DNA of 61,618 bases, counting the filler, from Fonticula-like sp. SCN 57-25 (Eukaryota): NCBI GenBank assembly GCA_001724245.1. It is 2 parts of 2 records of this genome, joined end to end, with 100 filler letters (N's around TTAATTAATTAA, not from the genome) between each part and the next. Parts side by side here need not be neighbours in the genome. Positions count along the whole stretch, not along the records: positions 31,820 to 61,618 come from MEDX01000049.1; 1 more part is not named here. One strand, written 5' to 3'. Positions 50,101-61,618 of this stretch are shown here, in pieces; position 1 is the stretch's first letter; each line of letters opens with the position of its first letter. The translations under genes and the position numbers were made by a program. The notes under the pieces were generated by a model, which was not told the origin of the DNA, ran no database searches, and worked only from the letters and a program-made list of their open reading frames with translations.

Positions 50101-51068
50101 CGGATGTGGATCGCCGCGGAATGCAGGCTTTCTCGCCCAATGGCAGCGTCGGAAGCGACATTTTGCGCCAATTGCGCGCTGTCGTCGCGTACGACAATGC
50201 GGCCGACCCAGTGCAGTTTTGCGCCGCGCACGCGCTGCGGCCAAAGGCAATGCAGGAAATTGCGCAGCTTCGCGCGCAGCTCGCCGGAATTGCCGCGACG
50301 GCGCTCGGCGACGAAAGCGCCCTGGCCAATGGGCGTCTTTCGCCGCCGTCGCGCGAGCAGGAAATTCTGCTTTGCCAGGTGCTGCTGTGCGGCTTTATGG
50401 ACCAGGTGGCGCTGCGACTGCCGCCGGACGCCAAGGCGCCACGTGGCGCGTACCGCACGCTCTCCGCCGAAGGCTACGCTTTTATCCACCCTTCATCAGT
50501 TTTGTCGCATGCGTTTCCGCAGTTTTGCGTGTACACGGACATTGTGCAGAGCGCGGGGAGCGGCGGCGCGCGGCGGCACTTGAAGGGCGTCACTGAAGTA
50601 AAGCCCACGTGGTTGGCTCGCCTTGGCGGCGCCATGTGCACCTACAGCGAGCCGCTCGAGAACCCCGCGCCGCACTATGACGAGGCCAAAGATGCAATCA
50701 TGTGTGTTTGCGAAGCGCTTTACGGCGCGCCGCTTTGGCGACTCCCGCCGACCGTTATGGAACACCCGCCAGGCAAGGCAAAAAGCGCCCACTTTGCAAA
50801 GGCACTTTTAGATGGAAAAATTGTCGCTGCGCTGAAACCGTTCGAGTCGAAATGGAGCAGCAAAACGACAATTTTGCTGCGGCCGTGGAGTCTCGCAAAG
50901 GCGGTTGATATTGTGAATGTGATTAACAATGCTGGGATTGCGTCGAGAAAGGCGCTGTTGGAGAGGTGGGCGAGCGAGCCGGGGTTTTTGCTGGCGCAGG
51001 TGATGGCGTGGACGAATGACCAGGCGGCGCAGGCGGCGCTGAGGCTCATGTGGCCGCCGACAAAGTAA
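47123..51068 (+). CDS. DHX37: DEAH-box RNA helicase Dhr1/DHX37
   Basis: [66 protein letters not shown] and [24 protein letters not shown]. Confidence 0.94.
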
Positions 51069-51254
51069 GTGTATTTGTGTATGCATAATTGTGACATTAA
51101 TAGCAGAGAACGATACAGACAAATATAGTATAAAAATGCAAAGTGATACCAAAAAAAAATATCATTGCATTGTGACATGCTGCATGCATGTGTACATAAT
51201 CTGATACTTTTGTTCAATGGTGTATATTAAAATCAAAATGCATTTATATCACAA

Positions 51255-52822
51255 TTATGAGCGCTCGTCCTCGCGCGCACGTGCCATCAACCTATCACGT
51301 TCATACTCTGCTCTCCTCCTCTTTTCATCAATCTTTTTCAGCATCTCCCTATTCTGCTGCACCCTCGGGTCCAACACCAACTACAACAAAGTTAAAATTT
51401 TGATTACGTGTTCAAAAATAGCGTACGAGGTCTTCTGTGTCGTCCTTGCCGCGCCGCTGCGATTCAACTGTCGGCATAAACGTCAGCTTGTGGCCAAGCC
51501 ATCCGGCGTCAGTCGACGCGTCGCGCCGCCCAAACGTGTCCTTGCACGACTCACTACCCCTGAATCAGCCCCAGATTGCATATATGAATCATTGCGTACC
51601 AGTTGAGCAGCTCGTGCCTGGCGCAACGCTCGGCGGCGGCTTCCGGCTCGGCCTCGGCCGTCCCGCTGGACTGCAGCTTTCCCTTGAATTTGTTGAGCAT
51701 TGCGAGTGTTTCCTCTTCGCGGTTGGCTTCGCGTCTGCGTCGCTGCTTGACATACTTTTCGCGCATCGCTTCCAGCGGCGAGGCAAGATCGTCGGCTTCC
51801 TTTGCTTTTTCCGCCGACAATGACGCGCCGGTCGCGCCACGTGACTTGTAGGCGAGGACTTTACCGCGAACGGCTTCGATTTCGCGCTGGACGGCGGAGC
51901 GGCCGTCGGTCGGCGGTTTCGGGCCTTCATCATCAGAGGAGGAAATGTTGCCGTCAATGTCGTCGTCAGAGTCGGGCGAGCGAGGGCGCTTGGGTGTTTC
52001 TTTTACTGCCGCGGCGGCGGCGGCGGAGCGAGCGGCGCGCGCGGCCTCGACTTCGCGGCGAGCGGCGTCAATGTCGACGGCGGGGGCGCTGCTCAGACGC
52101 GGATCGTCCGTCACCGTCTCGTGCAAACTGACGAGCTTGCGCTTGGGGACATCGGCATCGGCTTCTTCTTCTTCATCGTCGTCGCCCTGGAAGGAAAGCA
52201 GCGCCTTGTTCTTAATGGCGCGCGCGCGCACTTTTGGCGCCGCGGCCTTTTCGGCAGCCGCTCGCGCGGCGTCGATCTCGGCGCGGCGATCGCGCGGCTC
52301 AATGTCCTCAAAGGGGTTGTGCAGAATGGTGACGCCCGTGATCTTGACGGGGAAGACAGGGCGGTCGTCGGCGTCCGTCTCGACGCCGGCGATGCGTAGA
52401 AGGTTAAAAATCGTGTCGCCGGTGATCTTGCCAAAGATGGTGTTTTTGCGGTCGAGGCCATCGGTGCGGTCGAGCGTGATGAAAAACTGGCTGCGATTCG
52501 AGTCGGGGCCCTCATTGGCCATCGCGACGAGGCCGCGGTGGTTGAAGCGGAGGCGCTGATGAAACTCGTCAATGAAGGGCGCGCCGTAGATCGACTCGCC
52601 GCCCGTGCCGGTGTTGGTCGGATCGCCCGTCTGCACCATGAAATCCTTCATGATGCGGTGGAAAAGGCAGCCATCATAGTAACCCTCCATGCAGAGCTGA
52701 ACAAAGTTGCGGACGGCGCGAGGCGCCTCCTTGGGCCAAAGCTCAACGTCGAGGTCGCCATAGTTTGTCCGAAGGACAACCTTGCCGGACGTCGGCGGCT
52801 CCATGACATACATTTGACTCAT
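51255..52822 (-). CDS. CWC27: Spliceosomal cyclophilin CWC27
   Basis: MSQMYVMEPPTSGKV, ELWPKEAPRAVRNFVQLCMEGYY, DEFHQRLRF and NPFEDIEPR. Spliced tail CARHELLNCESC..GWLGHKLTF..LVLDPR. Confidence 0.93.
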
Positions 52823-52853
52823 GGCGGGCGGCGATCTCCGGCGAGCACCGGTA

Positions 52854-52876
52854 GTCACGTGATATAGTCACGTGAT
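52854..52876. promoter_or_regulatory. Tandem E-box (GTCACGTGA x2) in a 57-bp bidirectional promoter
   Basis: agtcacgtgatatagtcacgtgat lies between the CWC27 ATG (52822) and the ATG at 52880. Confidence 0.65.
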
Positions 52877-52879
52877 CCC

Positions 52880-53266
52880 ATGGAGGTGTCGGTAAGTGTG
52901 TCCGATGCGGGCGGCCGCTCCTTTTCGCTGGCGGTGCCGGTCGAGGGCGGCGACACGCTCGCTGCGCTCAACAAGGTCCGCGAACGTACGTGTAGAAGGA
53001 TTTATTATGTTGTTATTCTAAGTTGTATTTTGACACAGAACTGAACGATGCGCTGACGGGGATGGTGGCGGACAGCGATGCCGCGGCCGATCTGCCTGAT
53101 CCCGAAACGCTCGGCAGCGACGACGAAAAGGAACTCGAAAAGGAAATTGCTGCGCTCGAAGTGCGTTGCTTTCTTTTTTGGTTTACCTTACGCGCGTATT
53201 AACATTTTTGTGCAGCGGCCATCGAAAAAGACCAAGCAGGCGCGCCGTGCTGCACCGTCGTCGTGA
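52880..53266 (+). CDS. Small acidic protein, candidate KEOPS subunit Gon7
   Basis: Exons 52880-52985, 53039-53160 and 53216-53266 (GT-AG, in frame) give MEVSVSVSDAGGRSFSLAVPVEGGDTLAALNKVREQLNDALTGMVADSDAAADLPDPETLGSDDEKELEKEIAALERPSKKTKQARRAAPSS. Confidence 0.65.
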
Positions 53267-53995
53267 TCCGCTCGGCGCATCAGCGTGCTGCCATGCTCAA
53301 CTCCCTGCTTAACATGTTTGTGCTGTACTATACTGTTGATTGACCGAATTCATATATGTTCTTCAATTCATATCTGATCTCTTTTTCCCTAATGCCATGA
53401 TGGCTGATTACCGTGATGGCAATGTCGCCATGCCGCCCCTTCACAGGATCGGTCTCGTGCATTACCCATACTTTTATTGACATAGGACCGAGGCCATGAG
53501 CTAGTCACAAGCGCCGAAATAAGAAAAGGCGTCCTAAGCGACGAAAAGATGATACATTCCTGAGCGCGGCACCAAACATGCCGACGAGATACCTTGTAGT
53601 TGGAAACTGGAAAGCGGGCGAAAACAAGATGATATAAAAGGGAAAGGAAAGGAAAAGTGTCGCGTGCGGGGCTAATCCGCGGCAATTCTCAATAATCGGG
53701 AGAGACGCCGCAGGAAAGACCAAATAAACCGCCGTAGCAGACATCTATACTACCCTTCTGCCAATAAACATGTGCGCGCGAAGCGAACGGCAAACGGACC
53801 AACATAGCGGCAAGCTAGAAAATGAAACAAAAAGCAGACGAAAAGCAAACAAAAACCATGTAAAAGGAGAGAAAATAAATATGATGACGTGGCGAGACCA
53901 AAGGAAGAAGCCAGGAAGAAGCAAGAAAAGCAGCGCCACGCCTTCTACGTGGCCAACCACCCTTCACTTTACCCTTTGTTCCACCACGTGGCCAC

Positions 53996-54958
53996 TCAGA
54001 CGCAGAGGAGTTCAAAGATGGGCAGTCTGCGGAGATGCAGCTCGACCGGCTTGATGATGAGCGGCTGATGATCGCCGCTGTCGTCGATCCCGTCATCGCT
54101 GCTGCTCGAATACCCCGTCATGGAGCGCTGCGAGCGCGCGCGCGCCTCCTGAAATGCCGAGTAGACGGCGGACGGCGTCGGCGGCAGCGCCTCGGTGGCC
54201 TCGCGCAGCGCAAAGAATTCGTCGACGGTCGACTCGTCAGAGGGGGCATTGTGGAAAAGGAGGTAGTTGAGCGGCGACCACGGCGACCAATAGCGAGGCA
54301 GGCCGTCAAGGTGGACGAAGCGGCAGCGCTTGCCATAGGGGCAGGTGCCAATCGTGTGGAAGGTCTGTGCGAATCGGGGAAGGAAAAGAGAAAAAATGGT
54401 TAGATGTCAAGATGACAAAGTGTCAATGTGTCAACGCACCTTGCACACTTCGGTCTTGTAGCGCGGGTGCCGCGCGAGCTGGCGGATCTCGTCCTCGCCG
54501 TGCGCAAACTGGCACTTTGAGCCGTAGCGGCAGTGGCGCGTTTCTTCAAAGGAGCGGCAGAGCTCAGTCTTGTAGAGCGATTGGCGGCGGCCGTCTTCGC
54601 CGTGGACCGTCTTGGTGCGGTGATGCGGGCGCGCTGCTGACGGCGACAGCGGCGCATCGTGCATCATTGACGACGAAGAAGAGCTCATAGGCGCCGAGCT
54701 ACTGTTGTGCCACGCTGCGTTAGAAAATAATACATTTTCACAGCGGATCATCACGCACGTTCGGACAAGTTGCTGCGGCTGCTGACGCTGCAGCATCTGG
54801 GAATGCGACGCGACTCTCTTTCCAAAGTCGCCCGGAAATCCCGCCTGCCCGACAGCGGCCTCGGACAGCTGCGGGTGCCCCGAATAATAATTCCCAAACG
54901 ACGATCCGAGCGACCAGCTCGCCTTGGAGCCCTGCGCGTCATGGTAGGAGGAGTACAT
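53996..54958 (-). CDS. Tristetraprolin-family tandem CCCH zinc-finger protein
   Basis: LYKTELC-x8-C-x5-C-x3-H, 18-aa linker, RYKTEVC/..C..C..H, and C-terminal RRLPIF. Confidence 0.9.
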
Positions 54959-55835
54959 GGCTGCAGAGAAATCCCTGCACCCGGTCAACGGGTACCGCGG
55001 CTAATGCAGACCGTCCGCGCGCGAAAGGTGCACCTCGGCGCGCGGCAGTTATGGAGAGAAAAAGGGGGAAATAGTACAGGAAAACTCGGCCCGGCGACAC
55101 TCTAGCAGAGCCGGACAGAGATGAGAGTAGCGTTTGGTGGCGCGCCCCCGCCCTAAACGACCAGCAGCTATTATCGTCTCAACGAGAGTTTGACAAACTC
55201 TTTGCGCGCTGGGACGAGCAAAGCTTCCGAAAGGTGCGTTGAGACGATATTGCATGTGATGGTCACATTATTGGATGGACGGCGGTCAAAGTGTCAAACG
55301 AGTGATGTGGGGCAGAGTGAATAGTGGATTCTATGTCAGTTGAATCCATCATCAATCCATCTCGAAGACGCTTTGTTGTGCCAGGCCTGTGGCAATCTTG
55401 CAGACGAATTATGCGCTAAAAATGGGTTTGTGTTGCTGTTTGACCATCTGGTGCATATATGGCAACATGTTTATGATGTAATGGAAGGGCCAGCGCCCCG
55501 CGACAAGGGCAATAGACAATGATCACATAGAGGATCATGTATTTCCACCAAAAAATGAAAGTTGACGCGTATCCACAGCTCCGCCCTTACTTTGCTCATC
55601 TCCCAGTACATATTCTACGCTTCCCACTTTTCTCTTTCCCCCGCGCCGCTCGTCCCGGTGCGGTTCCTATCGAGTCCCCATCGGCGCCCCTATGGTCATG
55701 GGTCTTTTTCACAGGACCGCATCTGATTGGTCCGCTCGCCGATGCTGAAACGCCATTGGCCAGTTTTCATCGCTTTCACCCGCTTTCCCAGGTTGTTTTC
55801 CATCCCCCACATCGTGCGGGGTACAGTTGGGATCC

Positions 55836-57190
55836 ATGAAGGCCACTTCAGTCCTTGTGCTGCTGGGCCTCGTCGCCGTCGCCACCGCGCAGGTGTCGAC
55901 CCGCGGTACGTCTTTTTGCTCTGTCTCTTTTTTCCTTTTGGCGCAATTTCTGACATGTTTCATGCAGGTCGCTTTTCGCCCCGCGGTGAGGAGGGCGCTG
56001 TTGTTTCCCTCCCCGCCCTCGACAACGCCAAGCTCCTTGCCGAGGAGACCGGCGGCCACGGAGGCTACCAGTTCGCCCGCCCCATTGACGTGAAGCTTAC
56101 CCTTGAGGACGGCCGCTGGACCACCCGCGCCGATGGCACCAAGGCCTGGACCCTGACTGTTCGCTCGCGCACCGCCACCAGCCTCAGCGCTGTGTTTGAC
56201 AACTTCCACCTCCCTGCCGGCGGCGAGTTTTACGTGTACACCCACGACACCGTCCGCGGCGCCTTCACCTCTGCCAACAACAAGGCGCACGGCTGGTTCA
56301 GCACCGCGCCCCTCCGCGGCAACGCCCTCACCTTTGCCTACATCCAGCCCGCCGATGTCGAGGAGCTCCCCGAGATCAGCATTGCCAAGATCGCTCACGG
56401 CTACAAGGAGGCCTTTGGCGATGCCGGCCGCTGCAACATCAACGTTGTCTGCCCCGAGGGCCGCGAGTGGCGCGACCAGATCCGCGGTGTTGCCATGATG
56501 CTGACCGAGTTTGGCTCGCGCTACTGCTCGGGCTCGATGATCAACAACGCGCTCAACGACGGCCGCCAGCTCTTCCTCACCGCCAAGCACTGCACTGGCG
56601 GCGACATGTACGCCGACCAGCTCATGTTCAACTACGAGTCGGAGATCTGCGACGTTGCCGAGCAGGAGGACGGCAACACTGAGAGCACCGTGTCGGGCCT
56701 GCAGATGCTCGCCTCGTACTCGAGCTCGGACTTTGCCCTCTTTGAGGTCGAGGAGACCATCCCCGACTCGTGGAACGTTTTCCTCAACGGCTTCAGCGCC
56801 GAGAACGTTGCCCCCTACAACATGGTCGGCATCCACCACCCGTCGGGCGACATCAAGAAGATCTGCTGGACCAACGAGACCGGCGTCGCCGACTGGTACT
56901 CGGAGGCCCCCAACAAGTTCCACTGGGAGGTCCCGCACTGGGACGACGGCACCACCGAGCCGGGAAGCTCGGGCTCGCCGCTCTTTGACCAGAACTACCG
57001 CATCGTCGGCCAGCTCCACGGCGGCGCCGCGTCCTGCACCAACACTGGCGGCTACGACTCGTACGGCGCCGTCTGGGCGTCGTGGGACCAGGGTACCGAG
57101 AAGCTCCAGGAGTTCCTCGACCCCGAGAGCTCGGGCGTCCGCATCGTCGAGGGTATCGACCTCGCCACCGCGCGCCGCGCCCGCAACTAG
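55836..57190 (+). CDS. Secreted lysyl-endopeptidase (Achromobacter protease I/Lys-C)-like S1 serine protease with propeptide
   Basis: Signal peptide, intron 55906-55967, CNINVVCPEG, FLTAKHC (His), SDFALF (Asp), IHHPSGDIKKI, TEPGSSGSPL (Ser) and GQLHGG. Confidence 0.88.
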
Positions 57191-57666
57191 ATAGCCACGA
57201 GCCGTCTGGCGCTGTATTGGACACTGTAAGCTAATACAGACACTTGCTATATCTAATGTTTATTTGTTTTTGCGGTAAAATGCGGGTATGTTTGTCATGT
57301 GGTCGCAAACACGCCAAGAACGTGACAAAAACCTGAAAAAACGTGGCAAAAATGCTGACAACAATGCGGCAACGGTCACGGAAAAAATGCTGCTAAAAAT
57401 GTCAATTCTTGATCAGATTGTTGTGTTGGCGGGTGAGCGCTGATTGGACCGTACTTTTGGTATTTCGCCTTATGCAGTTGTTTGTTTTCCTTTAATGGGA
57501 ATTTTGGAGTCCAACAACCATTTAAGGCGATTCGTCCCCCACCCTTCGAGCCAAATATGGTAGCATTCCTAGGTGGGTGGTCGAGCCTTCACTGGTGTTG
57601 TTCCAGCCCCGTCGTTGCGGATCCCGTGCCCACTTTTTTGCGCCCGCCGCCCCCACCGCCGCAGCG

Positions 57667-58847
57667 ATGGACACCATAAACCTGCTCTTTTTCGTGCTCA
57701 CAGTAATCGCGCTGTGTTTCTGCGGATTGACCTTTATCCCGCTCTTTTTCGTAAAGTCGCTCTGGGTTCTGCCCGGCCGTCTCCTTTTCCTCTCCAACGT
57801 CCCCGTGGCTACCGCGCTGATCGGCTACGTGATCACCGCCCCGCTCAACTATGACCCGTTTCAGCTATCGCGCGCCGCCTGCGTCGTCCAGGGCTACCTG
57901 ATCAGCCTCGGCTTCCAGGGCGTCGTCGCCGTCGTGTTCCTCTACGTCCACCTCGTCTACATGCTGGTCATTCGCGAGGTCAACGATGCAACCATTCGCA
58001 AGCACAACTACGTTGGCTCCGCTCTCATTATCGCCCATTTGGTTGCCTCCATCATCGCCAATGAGCTGACGGGCGGCATGACCCCGCGCGGCCCCTTTTG
58101 CGCGTCGTCCAGCCTCTACGTCGTCCTCATCTTCCCCTTTTACACCTTTGGCCTGCTCGGCTTTTTGATGGTGTACCAGTGCGGAGCCATCATGATGCGC
58201 ATCTGGCGCGTCACCCAGCGCCTCGAGTCGACGTCGTCGCGCGATGGCTCCGGGAAAAAGTTTAGGTGCTGCGGCGTCAGGCGGTCCTTTGCCAACATCA
58301 ACTTCCTCTACCTCAACATGGTCCTCCTGTGCCTCCTGCTGGCCGGCGTCGTCTGGTGCGCCAACCGCGCTTTTCTTGCGCACCTTGTCTAACGCTTTTT
58401 TCGTGCAGGGCGACCGCGATCCGCCGCAGCATCCAGTACTATTCGGACCAAGCGAACATGGCCGAGTATGTCAGCGGCTACATCGCGTACCCGATCGCCT
58501 GCATGGTCTTCTCGATCGTCATCCTCACGTCGGCGGCGTACCGCAAGATCTTCCGCTCCGCCTACCGCTTTGTCTTTGGGCCCTGCTGCGACTTTACGGA
58601 CCTGACGACCTCCTCGTCGTCCGCGACCGTTTCCCAGACCGAGTCAAAACACAAGCTCGTCGAGCTCAAGTCGGACATCAGCAGCAAGGATCTCGCCGAC
58701 CCGGAGGGCGGACAGATCCCCGCGCGCAAGAAGAGCACTGGGTACATTGAGCCAGCCCCCATCCAGGATATCATGCTCTCGCCGGCGGCGGCCTTTTTGC
58801 TCTCTGAAAGCGGCTGGGACCCCGCGTCGATCGGCATCAACTACTAA
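57667..58847 (+). CDS. 7TM GPCR-like receptor without N-terminal ectodomain
   Basis: Seven hydrophobic segments, Cys at the TM3 start (ACVVQG) and in ECL2 (GPFC), one intron ~58356-58409, Ser-rich tail. Confidence 0.7.
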
Positions 58848-59213
58848 AAAGATTATTGGCGAGTCCAAATGGAGATGAATTCTCCTTTTTTTCTGGGTGT
58901 TTCACCTTTTTTGACTGCTTTATTATGTTCTGCGATGTACATTAGTCCTCCCTGTACCCATGCCTTTTTTTCCGAGTCTTGTATTGCACCGAATTCCAAC
59001 CAAGTTTCGATATCAATGAACGACCGTCAATTTAGCTCAACTAGCTGCCCTTTTGAAACTAAAAAAAGTTCAGTTTGCAGTTTGCACATATCAGTATCCG
59101 TACAATCAGTTGTGTGCTTTTCAAAAGATGTATATTGATTTAGATAGAGTACATGCCAATGCTCATGGTGATAAAATACAACCGAATTCCCTCTGGTAAT
59201 AATATTCAGATAG

Positions 59214-61226
59214 TCACGCCTGACCCTTCTTCTTCTTCTTGTTCTTTTTACTTGCCTTTTTACCCGACTTTTTTCTTCCCGCCACGCCATCCGGCATCTG
59301 CACCTCCTCGGCCGACTCATCCGCCGCCTGCCGCTGCCCCTCAACCAGCCGCTTCGCGCGCGCCGGCGGACCGCCAAACCGCCCAATCAGAGCACGGTAA
59401 GCGTCCCGCGACACGCTCACCCACGTGGACATGTCTTCTGGCGTGCGCATCGCCACATCGCCGCGCAAGAGTGGCCCCGGCGCAACCACATGGGCGAACG
59501 CAGTCATCCACCGCGACGATATGTACACGTGACCACTGCTGCTATCATCAATACTCGCCCACGTGGTCTCGCGCAGCCTAACAATGTCCTCTGGCGCCCT
59601 TCGCCGGTAAAAGAGGAGATACGCCTCAGTCTATCATATTATGTTAGCCACATGCAAACTAAATTCGAGTTTGCACCTTTGCGACGTTCTCCGGCGACTC
59701 TTGCGTGACGCGCCTATCATCAAATTTAAACCATTTTTGCTGCTCTGTCCGCATGGCACACGCCGTATAATGCCCACACGCAAGACTTCCATGATGATTC
59801 ACGACGGCCACGAGGTCATAAAGTGTGTCAGCAGTCTTTTCCCCATCACGGCAATACTCGCTCAAGTCAAGTCCACTTGTCGGAAATCTTACTTGGGAAA
59901 ACACTTTTTGCGCCGACATGGCGTACTTTGTGTGTCGAAACCGCTTCAATTGAAGGCAAAGTACTTGAGGAAGCGAATCCAATGAAAATCGCTTGACACT
60001 TTCGGTGCATCGGCGGCAGTGCTCGCAAAGGACGGCGTCGGCGCCAGTGAGTCGCTCGGGCGAGAAGAAGCTTGAAAGGCAGTCGTTGAGGGAAAGGGAG
60101 CCGTCCTTGGAGGCGGGCGAGGAAAGGCCGACGTAGGAGAAGGCAGAGGAGAAAAAGTCGCGCGCGAGAGTTGACCAGCCGCGGCGGCGAGTGAGGGGAG
60201 GTGAAGGGGAGCGGTCAATGGGGAGGGAAAGGTCGAAAAAGGGTTCAACAACTACCGATTCCTATAAAAATTGAAATGGATATGAGTGAAAAGCAGAAAA
60301 ATGACACGAGAATAGCAGGAAAAGGCACAAAAAACTACCAAAAAGCACAATTTGCACAATTTGCACAATTTGCACAATTTTTCGCACCTTTAGGCACTCT
60401 TGGCATGTTACTTTGCTCGCCAAAGAACCTCCAAATGTATCGCTCACGATACTCTTTTCCGCCGCGCCCTCCTCCCGCTTCTCCTTGAGCTCCTCGTGCG
60501 TCGCGTCGAGCACGAACCGCAGCAGCTCGTGCGCGTCCTGCTGCGAAAATCCCCTAAACTGCGCATTCCTCACCTTTACTTCCCGCACCAGATCGGATGG
60601 CGCCACCGTCGATGCGCCTTCTCGCGCCGCCGACACGTACAACTGACGAAACGCGCCAGCGAGGCCGGTCATGCCGGGCGGTGCGCCAACAAAGTGGCTG
60701 CTGAGCGGCTCCACCGCCATGAGCGCCTGCAGGGCGGCGTTCAGGTAGCACGTGTTGCCGAGATTTTCCAGCCCGACGATGCCGCGGCCGGCATCGGGCG
60801 GCGGCGGCGTGCGCTTGAGGGGCACGGACGCTGGCGTTGAATAAAGGGCATCGAGGGATTGGCAGAGCGGCTCGGCGCCATCGAGTGGCGCGTCAGTGTC
60901 CCAGAGTGCGAGGTCGCGGTCGCAGGCGTAGCACCAGGCAAGGCGGTTCGATGTGTGGGCCACGACGGGATGCCCGCTCGAGGCGTGGTGCGACACGGCA
61001 TGCGCCGACGAGGTTCGGCCGCAGCCAATGTGGCCGCAGGATTCCTGAGAAGCGTTAGAAATAATAATGAAGAAAATAATTGGCGCACTGAGAGACACAG
61101 CCAGAGGTCGGTGGAGGAAGCGCCGCAGTCGGTGCACGCGAGATGCGATGGCGACAGCGACTGTATGTGCGACGCGAGAAACGCCGCTGACGACGACGGC
61201 AGATGTGGACACTCGCCGTCATGCAT
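59214..61226 (-). CDS. Ubiquitin-specific protease with zf-UBP and DUSP-like tail (USP20/33-like)
   Basis: CPHL..LWLCL..GCGR..HA..H..WCYAC zf-UBP, Cys box GLENLGNTCYLNAALQAL, QQDAHELLR, His box HHGSLACGHY, KWFKFDD and tail YISSRW..PGPL..FGGPP. Confidence 0.88.
60345..60380. repeat. Intronic 9-bp tandem repeat (GCACAATTT)x4
   Basis: Directly visible inside a USP intron. Confidence 0.85.
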
Positions 61227-61618
61227 GTTTAACGAAAATCAAACGCAGATCTATCAAAAATGAAACAATGGCGGCAAACGCGCGTGCTCGGTATCGAATT
61301 AAAGATCGATTCACAAGCAAGATTACATCCGCCGTCGCAGCTCGCGAGACATGCACGGCGGCTGAAAGTTATCCACGTGGCCGAGTTCCTTGCAATCATC
61401 CACGTGGGGACGGTGGGTTACCGATGTCAGCCCTATTTCGTAACACAGTGTGTGCTATGGACACTGCAGTGGATGCCTACAGGGTGCTCCGTCAGCAAGG
61501 AAGCACATTGGCTATATTTAGTGAACACCACGCCATCAGATGCTGGGCGCGAAAATGTGGTTGCTCATGTAATATGAGAGGTCTTTTGACCGATGTTTGC
61601 CGAGAAAAAGTGATACTC

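Overview
A gene-dense eukaryotic nuclear window, probably from an opisthokont or amorphean protist (inference only). Coding regions are GC-rich, most spliceosomal introns are ~40-60 nt (GT[A/G]CG donors, CT[A/G]AC branch points close to YAG), and intergenic spaces are often under 150 bp. I could reconstruct about 30 intron-split protein genes by eye: GCAT, a NEK kinase, a UBX protein, SGF29, CCDC115/Vma22, DNAJC17, a villidin-like coronin-PH-gelsolin-headpiece fusion, DRAP1, RPS4, CPSF1, PIG-A, a hybrid His kinase, PRMT1, GCLM, two divergent ABCA genes, RRP1, mitochondrial EF-Tu, three Cys-rich surface-protein paralogs, CSTF2, DHX37, CWC27, a Gon7-like gene, a TTP-family zinc finger, a Lys-C-like protease, a 7TM receptor and a USP20/33-like deubiquitinase. 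A nuclear RNase P RNA gene lies on the minus strand at ~30.16-30.60 kb and is invisible to the ORF track. An artificial 100-nt contig spacer sits at 31720-31819, so the two halves may not be truly adjacent. The most unusual accessory region is 41.4-45.5 kb. It holds three diverged paralogs of an unrecognised 12-cysteine, signal-peptide plus GPI-signal protein, in tandem and inverted arrangement, sharing non-coding motifs and flanked by inverted pairs of palindromic repeats. All calls come from motif recognition by eye. No searches were run and exon boundaries are approximate unless stated.
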